DNA of 64,000 nt, from positions 124,001 to 188,000 of the forward strand of contig NW_026575418.1 in assembly GCF_028641065.1 (NCBI RefSeq), written 5' to 3'. Of the stretch, positions 13,036-25,260 are shown piece after piece; positions within the stretch are counted from its first letter, which is position 1, and every line of letters starts with the position of its first letter. The notes beneath the pieces are model-generated. The model did not search any database. It worked only from the letters and a program-made list of their open reading frames with translations, and was not told where the DNA came from. This DNA comes from Leucoraja erinacea. Taxonomy: Eukaryota. Made by a program: the position numbers and the translations under genes.

Positions 13036-13054
13036 TAAGCATCTAACGGTATTG

Positions 13055-13930
13055 TAGACAACAGGTGCAGGAGTAGAGGCCATTCTGCCCTTCGAGCCAG
13101 CACCACCATTCAATGTGATCATGGCTGATCATCCACAATCAATACCCTGTTCCTGCCTTCTCACCATATCCCTTGACTCCGCTATCTTTAAGAGCTCTGT
13201 CTAACTCTCTCTTGAAAGCATCCAGAGAATTGGCCTCCACTGCCTTCTGAGGTAGAGAATTCCACAGATTCACAGTTCTTTGGGTCAAAAAAGTTTTTCC
13301 TCATCTCTGTTCTAAATGGCCTACCCCTTATGGATGCCCCCAACATCGGAAACATGTTTCCTGCCAGTAGCGTGTCCAATCCTTTAACAATCTTACATGT
13401 TTCAATAAGATTGCCTCTCATCCTTTTAAATTCCAGAGTATATAAGCCCAGCCGCTCCATTCTATGAACAAAAGACAGTCCCGCCATCCCGGGAATTAAC
13501 CTCGTGAACCTACGCTGCACTCCCTCAATAGCAAGAATGTCCTTTCTCGAATTTGGAGACCAAAACTGCACACAATACCCCAGGTGTGGTCTCACCAGGA
13601 CCATGTACATCTGCAGAAGGACCTCTTTGCTCCTATATTCAACTCCTCTTGTAATGAAGGCCAGCATGCCATTGGCATTCTCCGCTGCTTGCTGCACCTG
13701 CATGTTTACTTTCAGTGACTGATGAACAAGATCTCTATGTACTTCCCCTTTTCCCAACTTGACACCATTCAGATAATAATCTGCCTTCCTGTTTTTGCCA
13801 CCAAAGAGGATAACCTCACATTTATCCGCATTCAACTGCACCTGCCATGCATCCGCCCACTCACCCAACTTGCTGAAGTCACTCAGCATCCTCATAGCAT
13901 CCTCCTCACAGTTCACACTGCCACCCAGAT
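13055..13930 (-). mobile_element. CR1 3' fragment
   Basis: ORF 13188-13940 is a CR1 RT C-terminus with a 3' tail; an adjacent LINE tail occupies about 13930-14055. Confidence 0.9.
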
Positions 13931-14126
13931 TCAGATTCAATCTTTATTGTCATTGTGCAGTGTACAGTACAGAGACAACGAAATGCAGTTAGATCTCACC
14001 CAGAAGAGCGAACATAGAATAATGGAACAGTAATATATATATATACATACAGTACAACTGCAGAAGGAATTCTGCCCCAGAAGCTATAAGAAGGGCGAGT
14101 GTGTTACGATTTTGTCATTAGTCGAA

Positions 14127-14159
14127 ATGTCTGGACGAGGTAAAACGGGTTGTAAAGCT
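14127..14159 (+). pseudogene. H2A: H2A pseudogene, piece 1 (N-terminus)
   Basis: ATGTCTGGACGAGGTAAAACGGGTTGTAAAGCT = MSGRGKTGCKA; TATAAGA near 14084. Confidence 0.85.
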
Positions 14160-14465
14160 TGGATTTGGGGAGGGAATCAGGAATTGGATCCAACTGCTCT
14201 ACACCGATATCTGTAGTGCAGTCCAAATCAATGGGTGGGAATCAGACAGTTTCCCTGTGAGGACTGGAGTCAGGCAGGGTTGCCCTCTCTCCCCTGTCTT
14301 GTGTGTCTGTTGTATTGAACCTTTTGCTGAGTCCATCAGGAAGGACGCGAGCATAAGAGGAGTGACGTTGCCAGGCAGTGGGGGCACTCAGGTCAAGACC
14401 TCGGTGCACATGAATGATGTCACCGTCTTCTGCTCGGATCCAGGGTCGGTGCGCAGATTGATCAG

Positions 14466-14661
14466 TGTAGATGGTTTATGCATGCAACCAATAATATAGC
14501 TACTACTAACCCCGCCTTAGTTATCATTTATAATAACAGCTTCTTCTCCCTCTGCGCAGTACAGTAGCAGACTGGGATCAGTGACTACTCATGTATTCTT
14601 TAACCCTGTGTTCTCATTAAAGACCATTGTAAAGTTACACGTGTGTAATGACTTATTTACA
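14466..14661 (+). repeat. 5' LTR (196 bp)
   Basis: TGTAGATGG...TTATTTACA; matches 16796-16833 plus about 17813-17973. Confidence 0.95.
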
Positions 14662-16795
14662 TGGTGTCATAAAGTGAAAAACCCGCGTCTCCTGTTTACC
14701 GGTTTTTATTTCATTCACTGAATTTTAATTTCATTTTGACCATGGCTTCCTCGTGCCGAAAGCCTGCTCAGCTCATCTTCGATTCGGACATCGTGGAGCG
14801 CTGGGCTACTTTCGAATTGGACTACAGCCACAACATCAATATTGCACATCGGAACGAACCCGATGCAGTCAAAGCCTCTCTCCTCCTCAATCTTGCCGAC
14901 CCCGACACCATGAGAAGGGCGAGAACTTTCAGCTGCGCCCCAGCGGTCCTGGGTGCCGACGATCAGGTACAAATACCTTTAGAGACAGCCGATTGAGAAG
15001 GAGCTTTTTGCTGTTGTCTTCGCCTGCTCTAAGTTCAAGGACTTCCTTTTCTGGAACTGTTTTACTATCGAGACCGACCACCAGCCACTGGTGACCATTT
15101 TGAACAAGCCGATCCACGTTGCACCTGCCAGCTTGCAGCATATGATGTTGCAGCTCCAGCGTTTTGACTTCAAGCTCGTCTATAAACAAGGCACTGAGAT
15201 GCACGTTGCTGACTCTCTCTGGCACCCCCTGGGCCTCCTGCGACCGCCACCCCTATGAATGGGAAGACCTCCTAGAGCTCGGCGTTGACTTTGTCCCCAC
15301 CAAGCAGCTTCAGTGCCTAGCCGAGCATGCCACTGCCGACCCCGCTCGGCCGCAACTTTCTTCGGTGATCAAGCAGGGCTGGCCAAGCAAACGAGCCAGT
15401 GCACCGACAGAGACACAACCTTTTTTCCTGGTCCGTGATGAACTGGTCATCCAAGACGGCGTTATCATTAAGGGACACAAGGTCGTGGTCCTCTCCTCCC
15501 TGTATGACCAGTACTACAGCGTGGCCCACAGCAGGCACCCGGGCGTTGATGCCATGATCGCCCATGCACAGTGCCAATTCTACTGGGCCGGTATGGCCAA
15601 GTACATCCGGGACTGCGTCTCGTCCTGCCCCACCTGCAACAGCCTTGCCCCCCACCAGCAAAGGCAGTCCCTCTTGCAACAACCAGCGCCAGCCCTGGCC
15701 TGGACCTCATTGGCCACCGACATCTTCGAGTGGCGTGGCAAGCACTATCTTGTCCTGGCCGACTCGTACTCGAACTGCTTCGAGGTGGACCTTCTGACCT
15801 CCCTCACGTCTGAGATGGTCAACCGCAAGCTAAGGAGACACTTCTCCACTTTTGGTTCGCCGGTCCGTCTGCAGACCGACAACGGCAGGCAGTTTATCAG
15901 CCACGAGTTGAAGACCTTCGCTAACAAATGGAACTTTCTCCACTTCACCAGCAGCCCTGAGTACCCGCAGAGTAACGATCTTGCGGAGCGGGCTGTCAGG
16001 AGTGCCAAACTGCTAATAGAGCAAGCGAGCCTGGTGAACTCCGATTTTTACCTCGACCTCCTGAACCTCTGTAACATTTCCAGAGACCCGACCATGGGGT
16101 CCCCTGCCCAGCGGCTGATGTCCAGATTGACCAGACCTCCGATCCCGATTGCTCAACAAAAGCTGCAGCCTCGTGTGCTGGAGCCTGCCTCCGTCCAGAT
16201 GCGCATACAGGAGAAACACGACATCCAGAGGTGGTCCACGACAGATCGTGCAAACCACTCGAGCCTCTGTGGCCGTGACAGACCGTTCATCTACAGACCG
16301 CCAGTGGCTATTCCCGTCCGGCCACCGTGGTTGGCGTGGCCGATTCGCCTTGCTCTTACCTTGTTGACTTTGAAGGGACTGTTTACCGCAGGAGCCGTCA
16401 GCACCTGCTCGCCGTGAATGAGCCGAGCCCAACGCCTGTGGGACCCTACGCTCCGCCGCTGCTGTTCCAGCCGCCTGCTGCCGTTCCCGTTGCCGGACCC
16501 TGCATGCCTCAAACCCCTCGCGCATTTCATTCTCCTCAGTGTGGGATGCCCAGTGCCATCCGCGGTTTCACCCCTTCAGCATGTCCATCCCCTCTGCCGC
16601 TCTCGGTCTCCCCCACGGTCTCGCCGCCTCCGGGTCCGCCCAACTCCTCTGGTCTTTGCGGTGAAGGGGGGGGGGGGGGAAGGTTTTGTCCGTACGCGTT
16701 CGGGCCTTGTTAGTAAGCCGCCTGTTCATTATGGTGATTTTGTTTAATTTCGTTGCCATGGTTCTCCGCCATGTTTGATTTTCTAAGGGGAAGAA

Positions 16796-17973
16796 TGTAG
16801 ATGGTTTATGCATGCAACCAATAATATAGCTACCTATTAAACATGTAAAATTAAAATTATCAAAAAGTATCTCTGTATTATACAAAGCCAAGCAGGCTCT
16901 GGATTACAAATCACTCCGCTTTCATTATTGTTCATTAATCTTACCCTACTTAAATTATTGTGCAGAAGTCTGGGGCAATAACTATAAAAATTCGATACAC
17001 TCATTAACCATGATGCAAAAAAGAGCAATTCGTATTATACATAATGCCAAGTATCTGGGTCATACGAATCCATTATTTTTAGAGTCAAAATTATTAAAAT
17101 TAGAAGATTTGGTTACATCAGTTCAGTTAATGTCTAGGGCCAAAAATAAAAATTTACCTGGAAACATTCAAAAATTATTTAACGAGCGTGTGGGGGGTTA
17201 CGATTTAAGAGGAATATTTAATTTTAAGAAACAAAGAGTCCGTACAACTAGAAAAACCTTTTGTATTTCGGTTTGTGGAGTAGGAGTGTGGAACAAATTG
17301 AACGAGGAATTAAAGCAATGTACAAAGATGAATCATTTTAAAATGATATATAAAAAAATAATTTTCCAGGGGTACCGGGATGGAGGGGATGGTTGACAAG
17401 TGGGGGTTAATGTTTATCTATTGCTTTACAATTGTTTACTTATGTTTGGTTACTTCATATATGAAGTTTGTATGTGTATAATAGTTGTATGTATATATAT
17501 ATGTCTGTAGGTATTGTGGGAAATTGCCTGGGGTAGTATTATTATTATTAATTAATTGATTTTTAAATATGGTAGAAGTGTTGGGGAAAAGGGGTGAGAT
17601 TTAATAAGTTATTCTTCTTCTCACTCCTTTTCGAGCTTGTACAGACACAGAGTTGGACATTGGAAATTTGCTTTTTGTTCTTTTCATTGCTTGTAAATAT
17701 TGATTGTAATGTCCAATTGTTTGATAATTTCGATTTTGTTACTATTAATGTCTTTAATGTCTTTATTGTTCAGAATAAATAAAATAAATAAATAAATAAA
17801 TAAAAACCTCAGTACTACTAACCCCGCCTTAGTTATCATTTATAATAACGGCTTCTTCTCCCTCTGCGCAGTATAGTAGCAGACTGGGATCAGTGACTAC
17901 TCATGTATTGATTAACCCCGTGTTATCATTAAAGACCACTGTAAAGTTACACGTGTGCAATGACTTATTTACA
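16796..17973 (+). repeat. 3' LTR, interrupted by a LINE
   Basis: Same sequence as the 5' LTR, split after 16833. Confidence 0.9.
16834..17806 (+). mobile_element. L2/Crack-like LINE 3' fragment inside the 3' LTR
   Basis: LILPYLNYCAEVWG..MQKRAIRII..HTNPLF motif; (AAATA)n tail. Confidence 0.8.
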
Positions 17974-19219
17974 ATCAGCATCTGCGACCAGTTTGTGTCG
18001 GCCACGGGAGCCAGGGTGAACCGCAGGAAGAGCGAGGCCTTGTTCTCTGGCAACTGGCCCGGCCGTTCTTCCTCCCCCTACACCATCAAGCCTGAAGGTG
18101 CTGGGGATCTGGTTCGCAGGGGCTGAGGCATGCGACAAAAATTGGCTGGAGCGGATAGCCAAGGTGGGCAAGAAGCTGGAGCTGTGGAGGCAATCTCCAT
18201 AATCTCCCTCTCCATAACGGGGAAGAATGTGGTCATCAGGTGTGAGGTGCTCTCGGGGCTGCTGTACTTGGCCCAAGCATGGCTTGTCCCTCCCTCCTAC
18301 ACCAGAGGGATCACCCAGGCCATCTTCCAGTTCATCCGGGGGTGAAGGATAGATCGGGTGAGACGGGCCACAATACACAAGTCTGCAGACAAAGGGGGTA
18401 AAAGCGTGCCCAACATCGCCCTCACCCTGATGGCCACCTTCATGTGTGGCTGCATCAGGCAGAGTGTAGAGACAAGGCACGTGGGCACCAAGTGTCACTA
18501 CCTGCTGAGGTTCTACCTGTCCCTGGTGTTGCGAAGGATGGGCCTGGCGTAGATGCCACGCAATGTGCCTGTCAGCTGGACATTGTGCACCATCTGTCGT
18601 TTGTGTAAAGGTTCTTCCAGGCCAACACCTTTGACCACAAGTCCATCGGGCAGTGGTCAGCACGGAACGACCTCCAGGCACTGCAGCAAAATGACTGCAT
18701 GGATCCTGTGGCGTGGTTCCCAGAGCAGACTGCCCAGCTTGTCTGGCAAAATGCCTCATCGCCAGAACTCACCCACAAGCACCAAGACCTGGCTTAGCTG
18801 GCGGTGAGGGGAGCCCTCCCAGTCAGATCCTTCCTGCACCATTGGAACCTCACTACCAGCGCACGCTGCCCTCGGAAAGGCTGCTATGGAGAGGAGACGG
18901 TTGCTCACCTCTTCACAGAGTGTGGATTCGCAAAGAGAGTCTGGAGAGGTCTGCAAGGATCCCTGGCACGGTTTATTCCGAACAGCTCCGTCACAGAGGA
19001 CTCTGCGATTTATTGACTGTTCCCAGGGACGCATTCAGAGACTGACATCGAGTGCTGCTGGAAGGTCATCAACTTGGTGAAAGACGGCCTTTGGTCTGCC
19101 CGAGCATTGTTTACCACCCAGCAAAAGGAGATGTCTGTCAGGGAATGTTGCCGACTGGCCCGCTGCAGACTGGAGTACGTGCTGTGGGATGCACTGAAGC
19201 TCTATTGAAATGTGTTTTA

Positions 19220-19360
19220 AAAGCTCGGACCAATCTCAAATCTCGCTCGTCCCGAGCCGGGCTGCAGTTCCTGGTGGGAGGTGTTCACAGGATTCTAAAA
19301 GGCAACTATACTAAGCGGATGGGTGCTGGAGCCCGGTATACATGGGACAAAAAGAAGATT
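19220..19360 (+). pseudogene. H2A: H2A pseudogene, piece 2
   Basis: [41 protein letters not shown], then a deletion to DKKKI (canonical DNKKT). Confidence 0.9.
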
Positions 19361-21538
19361 GGAATAAATTGCTCCCTCTTTAACCATTCTAAAAATTATT
19401 TTACCTCTATAGGATGGAACGGACTTGACGACAAACAGACTTAAATTGGTGAAATTCTCAGTTCAGAATCGGTTTTGTTTTGCTTTGTTTTTTCATCTAT
19501 TTAATTTTTATTCGTATTTTATTATTATCAATTTTTCTCATTTTTTTCTTTCTTTTGTTTAGGGGGGTTTTGTTTTTTTTTCATTTTTTCTTGTTCTTTG
19601 TGTCTTTTTATCTTTGTTTTTCTTTTTACATTTATAACTTTCCTTTTAAAGATTTAACTATATTTACATAGAGGCCGGGAGGTCTATATTCAATGTGTAT
19701 TTTCACACAGGTCTCATATTAGGTTATACCTGTTATTAATGTAATCCTGATCGCTATGTATCAATACCATTGTTATGTTTATTATTAGAATAGAATAGTA
19801 GAATAGTTTCTTTATTGTCATTGTAACATGGACCATGTACAACAAAATTTAAAATGTCAGCCAGTCAGTGCAGCATTCAAACATTTCTAAAAGCTAACGA
19901 TACATACACGGTAAAATAATAAAGATAAACAACTAAATAAATATCACGAACAAAGCACGCATACACACCCAACCCTCCATCCTTCTGTCGATTTCACAGT
20001 TAGCACAGTCCCTTAGTCTGTATCGCCCCTGCGTTCCTTGGCGGCTACATTTAGTGCTTTTATAGCAGTGGGGTAAAAATTGTTTTTTAGTCTGTTCGTC
20101 CTTGTCCTTGTAGATCTGTACCGTCTGCCTGACGGCAACAGTTCAAACAGGGAGTGTCCGGGGTGGGAAATGTCCTTTATGATATTCTGTGTTTTTTTGG
20201 TGCAGCGGGAACTGTGTAAGTCCTCCAAGGTAAGGAGAGGGCAGTCGACAATCCTCTGGGCGTTGTCAATGGCCCTCTGGAGCGCTTTCCTCTGAGCCGC
20301 TGTGCAGCTGATGTACCACACGCATACACAGTATGTTAGTATGCTCTCAATGGAGCACCGATAAAAGGACAGCAGCAGTCTCTGAGTGATGTTGTTCTTC
20401 CTGAGCACCCTCAGGAAGTGCAGTCTCTGCTGGACCTTTTTCAGCAGCGCAGTGGTGTTCACGCTCCACGTCAGGTCCTCCTCAATATGGATTCCCAGGA
20501 AGCGGAAATCCGCCACCCTCTCTACACAGTCCCCTCTGATAGTCAATGGTACCATGTCCGTTTTGTTCTTCCTGAAGTCTATTATTACTTCCTTTGTCTT
20601 TAAGGTGTTGAGGAGCAGGTTATTTTCTTCGCACCACACTGTCAGCTGCTCCACCTCATCCCGGTAGGCATACTCGTCCCCCCCGGAGATGAGTCCCACC
20701 ACTGTAGTGTCATCCGCAAATTTGACAATGGTGTTGCTGTGGTGGGCGGGGGTGCAGTCATGTGTGTAGATGGTGTAGAGCAGGGGGCTCAGTACGCAGC
20801 CCTGTGGAGAGCCGGTACTGAGGCTGAGGGCCGTGGATGTGTGATGGCCCACTCTGACTCTCTGGCTGCGACCCGACAGGAAGCTATTTATCCACGTACA
20901 GGTGGAGTGTGGAAGTCCCAAGTCCCCCAGTTTGTCCACCAGTTTGTGGGGAAGGATGGTATTAAAAGCAGAGCTGTAGTCCACAAAGAGCATCCGCACG
21001 TAGCTCCCCTGCTGCTCCAGGTGAGACAGTGCAGCATGGAGAGCTGTGGCTACAGCGTCCTCTGTGGATCTATTTGCTCTGTACGCAAACTGGTGGGGGT
21101 CAAAGCTTCGGGGCAGGAGTGATGTGATATGACCCCGGACCAGTTTTTCAAAACACTTCATCACCACTGGTGTGAGTGCGACTGGCCGGTAGTCGTTGAG
21201 GCTGGAGATGTTGTTTTTTTTGGGCAAGGGGACTATGGTGGAGGACTTCAGACAGGGTGGGACAGTGGACTGGGCCAGAGACTGGTTAAAAATCCTTGTA
21301 AAGACTCCAGCCAGCTGGTCTGCGCAGTCCTTCAACACGCGTCCAGAGACGCCGTCAGGACCAGTAGCCTTCCTTGGATTGATGGCCCGCAGAGTGCGCC
21401 TCACCTCATGCTCCTCTATCTTGAGGGTTAGGCTGCTGTGGACCATGTGCTGTGATGTGGCTATTATTCTTTTTCCTCTGTTTTTTACGTTTTAATTTTG
21501 CTTTTTTGGGGGAAAAAACAATAAAAAAGACTTAAAAA
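19361..21538 (+). mobile_element. L1-type 3' fragment inserted in H2A, split by Rex1
   Basis: T-rich UTR, AATAAA and A tail at about 21520-21540; AAGATT repeated at 19355-19360 and 21539-21544. Confidence 0.7.
19787..21455 (-). mobile_element. Rex1/Babar LINE, 5'-truncated, open RT
   Basis: 477-aa ORF 20013-21446 ([22 protein letters not shown]); (CTATT)n tail. Confidence 0.92.
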
Positions 21539-21731
21539 AAGATTAGCATCATCCCCAGAAACCTACGACGAAGTCTTCAACAAGCTGATGGGAAGGGTGA
21601 CCATGGCTCAGGGCGGGGTGCTGCCGCCCAAGAAGACCAGCGCGAACAGTAAGACCAAGTAACTTGGCGAAATGTTAATTTAATGACCCAAAGTCTCTTA
21701 TCAGAACCACCTACAGTGTCTGGAAGAGTTG
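21539..21731 (+). pseudogene. H2A: H2A pseudogene, piece 3, with decayed stem-loop and HDE
   Basis: IIPR..NKLMGRVTMAQGGVLP/PKKTSANSKTK* (stop 21660-21662); GTCTCTTATCAGAACC at 21693-21708; GGAAGAGTTG at 21722-21731. Confidence 0.9.
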
Positions 21732-22125
21732 AGTACCGGCGGGTGTGGAATATTCCCGTTCATTACAACCGTTATGTGTATCTACCAGTCGAATCTCCGT
21801 ATGCCCGTTATGGTCTAAATCCCGCAGAGGAACTACTATTAATCGACGAGCTCCGTCTCAGCCGGACCCCTTACCAATGCAATTGCTCTTAATGTTTTCT
21901 CACCAGACAGCGTTTATTTGTGGTCGGGTCAGTTCATAAAGTGCGGACGGGTGCGTGATTACGGCCTCAAGTGGTTCTGTGACTGAACCTGTTGTGATCT
22001 CAGTAAAAGCGGCATTAAGGAAAAAATACGGCCGCAGTTTGATAAACAAGAACAATTTAATATATTGCACCCGTTTTTCCAGACGCCCCCATACTTTGCA
22101 GCAATTCGATGTCGAAATAATGCTA

Positions 22126-22166
22126 CAACTCTTTCAGTGAGATTGTGGGTGGCTCTTAAAAGAGCC
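22126..22166 (-). terminator. Histone stem-loop and HDE of H2B
   Basis: GGCTCTTTTAAGAGCC at 22151-22166 (reverse complement), then GAAAGAGTTG. Confidence 0.95.
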
Positions 22167-22199
22167 TTTGGGTTTTCGGTTTATCAAGATTTAGAATGT

Positions 22200-22583
22200 T
22201 TACTTCGAACTGGTATACTTGGTCACCGCCTTTGTCCCTTCCGACACGGCGTGCTTGGCCAGCTCCCCGGGCAGCAGCAGGCGCACGGCGGTCTGGATCT
22301 CCCGGGAGCTGATGGTCGACCGCTTGTTATAATGAGTCAAGCGGGAAGCCTCACCCGCGATGCGCTCGAAAATATCGTTGACGAACGAGTTCATGATGCT
22401 CATGGCCTTGGAGGAGATGCCGGTGTCGGGGTGAACCTGCTTCATCACTTTGTAGATGTAGATGGCGTAACTCTCCTTCCTCGACCTCCTGCGCTTCTTA
22501 CCCGCCTTGCCTGCAGGTTTGGACACGGCTTTCTTGGCGCCCTTCTTGGCCACGGCCACTTTCACTTTCGGTGCGTCAGGCAT
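22200..22583 (-). CDS. H2B: Histone H2B (127 aa, starts MPDAPK)
   Basis: Canonical H2B fold [33 protein letters not shown]; ATG at 22583. Confidence 0.98.
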   Translation of the reverse strand: MPDAPKVKVAVAKKGAKKAVSKPAGKAGKKRRRSRKESYAIYIYKVMKQVHPDTGISSKAMSIMNSFVNDIFERIAGEASRLTHYNKRSTISSREIQTAVRLLLPGELAKHAVSEGTKAVTKYTSSK

Positions 22584-22634
22584 TTCGTCTGTCGGTTTAG
22601 GACACACAAATGTAGGGAACTCAACCCGAGCGCG

Positions 22635-22770
22635 GATTAAATAGACTGCACCACCGCCCTATGCTAATGAGGGATTGGGGAAAGCGAACATTGTCATTGG
22701 TTAGCATCAATCAAACCTGTGATTGGACCTGTGAAACAACCAATCACAGTGCTTCGCTTCCACCAATCGC
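22635..22770. promoter_or_regulatory. H2B promoter (TATA, octamer-like site, CCAAT boxes in both orientations)
   Basis: TATTTAA (reverse complement) near 22637-22643, ATGCTAAT near 22661, ATTGG x3, CCAAT x2. Confidence 0.8.
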
Positions 22771-23029
22771 AGAGCGCGTCCACTGCCCCGTGTCCGGTAA
22801 CACGTGACAGGACGGGGAGGCGGAGTTCGGATGAGCCGCTGCAGACGTCGACATATCATCTGTCATTGGAACCCTGGTTGCGATGAAGTCACACAGAGGC
22901 CAGGCTGGCGAAAGACGGCAGATGGGCTTTTACCACAGGCCAGGTCCCGTGGGACTACAAACTGCCGGAGTGAAAGGCACGTTCTCAGTTCCACAATAGG
23001 ACAGCCGTCACCACACATGGAATATCAGT

Positions 23030-24500
23030 GAGAGCTGGCATACATGGATAATCTGGATCCCAGTCTGGTTCCCCAAAATTCACTCAAGCCTTGTCCATGT
23101 GAGTTTAGAAGGGTGAGGAGAGGACCTCAATGAAACTTACAGAATAGTGAAAGGCCTGGATAGAGTGAACATGGAAGGGGTGTTTCCACTCGTCTTAGAC
23201 AAGAGGTCATAGCATCAGAATAAAAAGGACGTACCTTTAGAAAGGAGATGAGAAGGAATTTATTTAGTCAGAGGGTGGTGAATGTGGAATACATAGCCGC
23301 AGAAGACTGGAGGCAAAGTCAATGGATATTTTTAAAGTGGAGATTGGCAGATTCTTTATTAGTTAGGGTGTCAGGGTTGGGGTGAAGCCAGGAGAATAGG
23401 GTTGAGAGGAAAAGATAGATCAGTCATGATTGAATGTCAGAGTAGATGATGGGCCGAATGGCCTTATTTTGCTCCTCATGCACTCACGTGTGTTCTGGAT
23501 TCAATGCGGGTTTCATCTGTCCCAGTCAGAGACTCTGGCACAAAGACCGAAGGCTTAACCTGTAGTCAGGTAGAGAGATGGCGAAAGAAGAGATCAGAGA
23601 CTGAGTGATACAGAGTGAGGTCAATCACCCACAGGATGTCCCATCAGGCACAAGGCAGAGAGACAGCTAACAGGAATGGTATGGGACCCTTGATGTTTAT
23701 GATGTAAAGACATGGATGTGAATGTGGGCAGTGTAACTTGTATGTTTACTGATTATATGAGAATATGTGGTTTTGGAGAGTTTGAGGATTATCAAAGGCA
23801 ACAACAGAATATAGATCAGCAGGAGTGTCAGCCAGTGGAATAGCAGATGGAATTTAATCCTGACACCTCTGATGTGATGTTATTTGGAAGGTGTAATATC
23901 GGCAGATGTACCAACTAAATGGTAGGGCCTCAGGGAGAGTCGGTGAACGGAGCGATCATGGGGCACATCTTTCCTGAAAGTGGCAGTACATGTCACATGT
24001 CGTAACAATTGGCAGTCATGTTATAACTTAATTTAACATTAGCTAACCCATTTTTGTAAGACTAGGCCCTCAATTAATAACTGTCTGAATTAATCACCTG
24101 CAGGAGAGGGCCGAGTATAAGGATGCATCTTGGCTGGGGGTAAAGTACAGAGGGAACAAGGTATTCTTGTGTACTCATTGCACAGGGCAGGTGCCACAAG
24201 TGGTGCGGGAGGGAAATGGCACTTTGGCATTTACAGCAAGAGGGTTGAAGTTTAGAAATAGGGAAGTATTACAGTTGTGCAGGGATATGGTGCGTACTGG
24301 GCACAGTTCTGCACCTGTACTGAAGAATGGATGCACTGGGATGCAGCGTTAATTTAAAAGTGATACATCCTGGGAGGAGAGGGTTGTTCTATAACTGGAG
24401 TGAGAGAATCAAGGTCAGAATTTTGAGTTGAGAAAAATTAAGGGTGAATTTACTGAAAAATAAGATTCTTCAGGGTCGTGACAGGGTAGAGGTGGAGTTG
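23030..24500 (+). mobile_element. Old CR1 fragments
   Basis: CR1 3' motifs at about 23090-23480 and degenerate RT pieces at about 23690-24500. Confidence 0.6.
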
Positions 24501-24714
24501 CTTCCACTATTGCGAGAATTTGTGTAATAAGGATTCACTCTGGACAAACACTGGCACTGTATTCCAAGTACACTGAGTGCCAGAGCACAACACTGGCCAG
24601 TGAGGATATTGACCAGTACAACACCCAGCTCTTAAAGACAAGGACAGAGATTGAACACAACACAATACAGATGGCCCGCAAGGGATGGGCAGCATTGTGG
24701 TTGCGGCAGTTTGT

Positions 24715-25260
24715 AGAGTTTGTTGGCAAATATCACGCCAAGGTTTTTGGCGTGGGGTTTGAGTACTGGGGTAAGGCTTCCAAGGCTGCCTGCTATCATT
24801 GTGATTGAGTCCGAGGGACATAGAAGGACGACCTCAGACTTACTCTCGTTTAGTTGGAGGAAGTTCTGGGCCATCCAACACTTCATATCCTCGAGTCAGC
24901 TGGTAAGGTTAAGCAGATTTTATTGGTTTTTGGCCTTCAGGGGGAGAAAGAGTTGTGTATCGTCTGTGTAGCAATGGAAGGAAATGCCGTGCCTTTGAAT
25001 GACTTGGCCTAAGGGGAGCATATACAGGGAGAAGAGAATGGGACCAAGGGTGGAACCTTGTGGAACCCCGCAGATGAGGCTAGCTGGGGAGGAGAAAGAG
25101 TTCCCTATGTTAGTAGAGTAACTCCTACTTTTGAGATAGGAGATGAATCAGCTCAGGGCAGTGCCATTCATACCAACCCCGTACTGGAGATGGTGTGGTC
25201 GACAGTGTCAAATGCTGCGCTGATGTCGTGAAGGAGCAGGATTGCACAGTCGCTTACAAT
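24715..25260 (-). mobile_element. L2 LINE RT fragment
   Basis: WMAQNFLQLNESKSEVVL..AKNLGVIF; [10 protein letters not shown] region. Confidence 0.8.

Larger units (their letters stand above)
14466..17973 (+). mobile_element. Gypsy LTR retrotransposon (Mag-like), internally deleted
   Basis: TG...CA LTRs, 5-bp TSD ATCAG (14461-14465 and 17974-17978), PBS TGGTGTCA at 14662, PPT at 16785-16795, gag start near 14742, RNase H (EKELFAVVFA..TDHQPL), integrase HHCC and DDE motifs. Confidence 0.95.
14160..19219 (+). mobile_element. Tx1-like (L1 superfamily) LINE, 5'-truncated, inserted in H2A and split by Gypsy
   Basis: GVRQGCPLSP..IEPFA..IRGVTLPG RT motif continues after 17978 to CPRKGCYGEETVAHLFTEC; AAAGCT repeated at 14154-14159 and 19220-19225. 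Confidence 0.85.
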
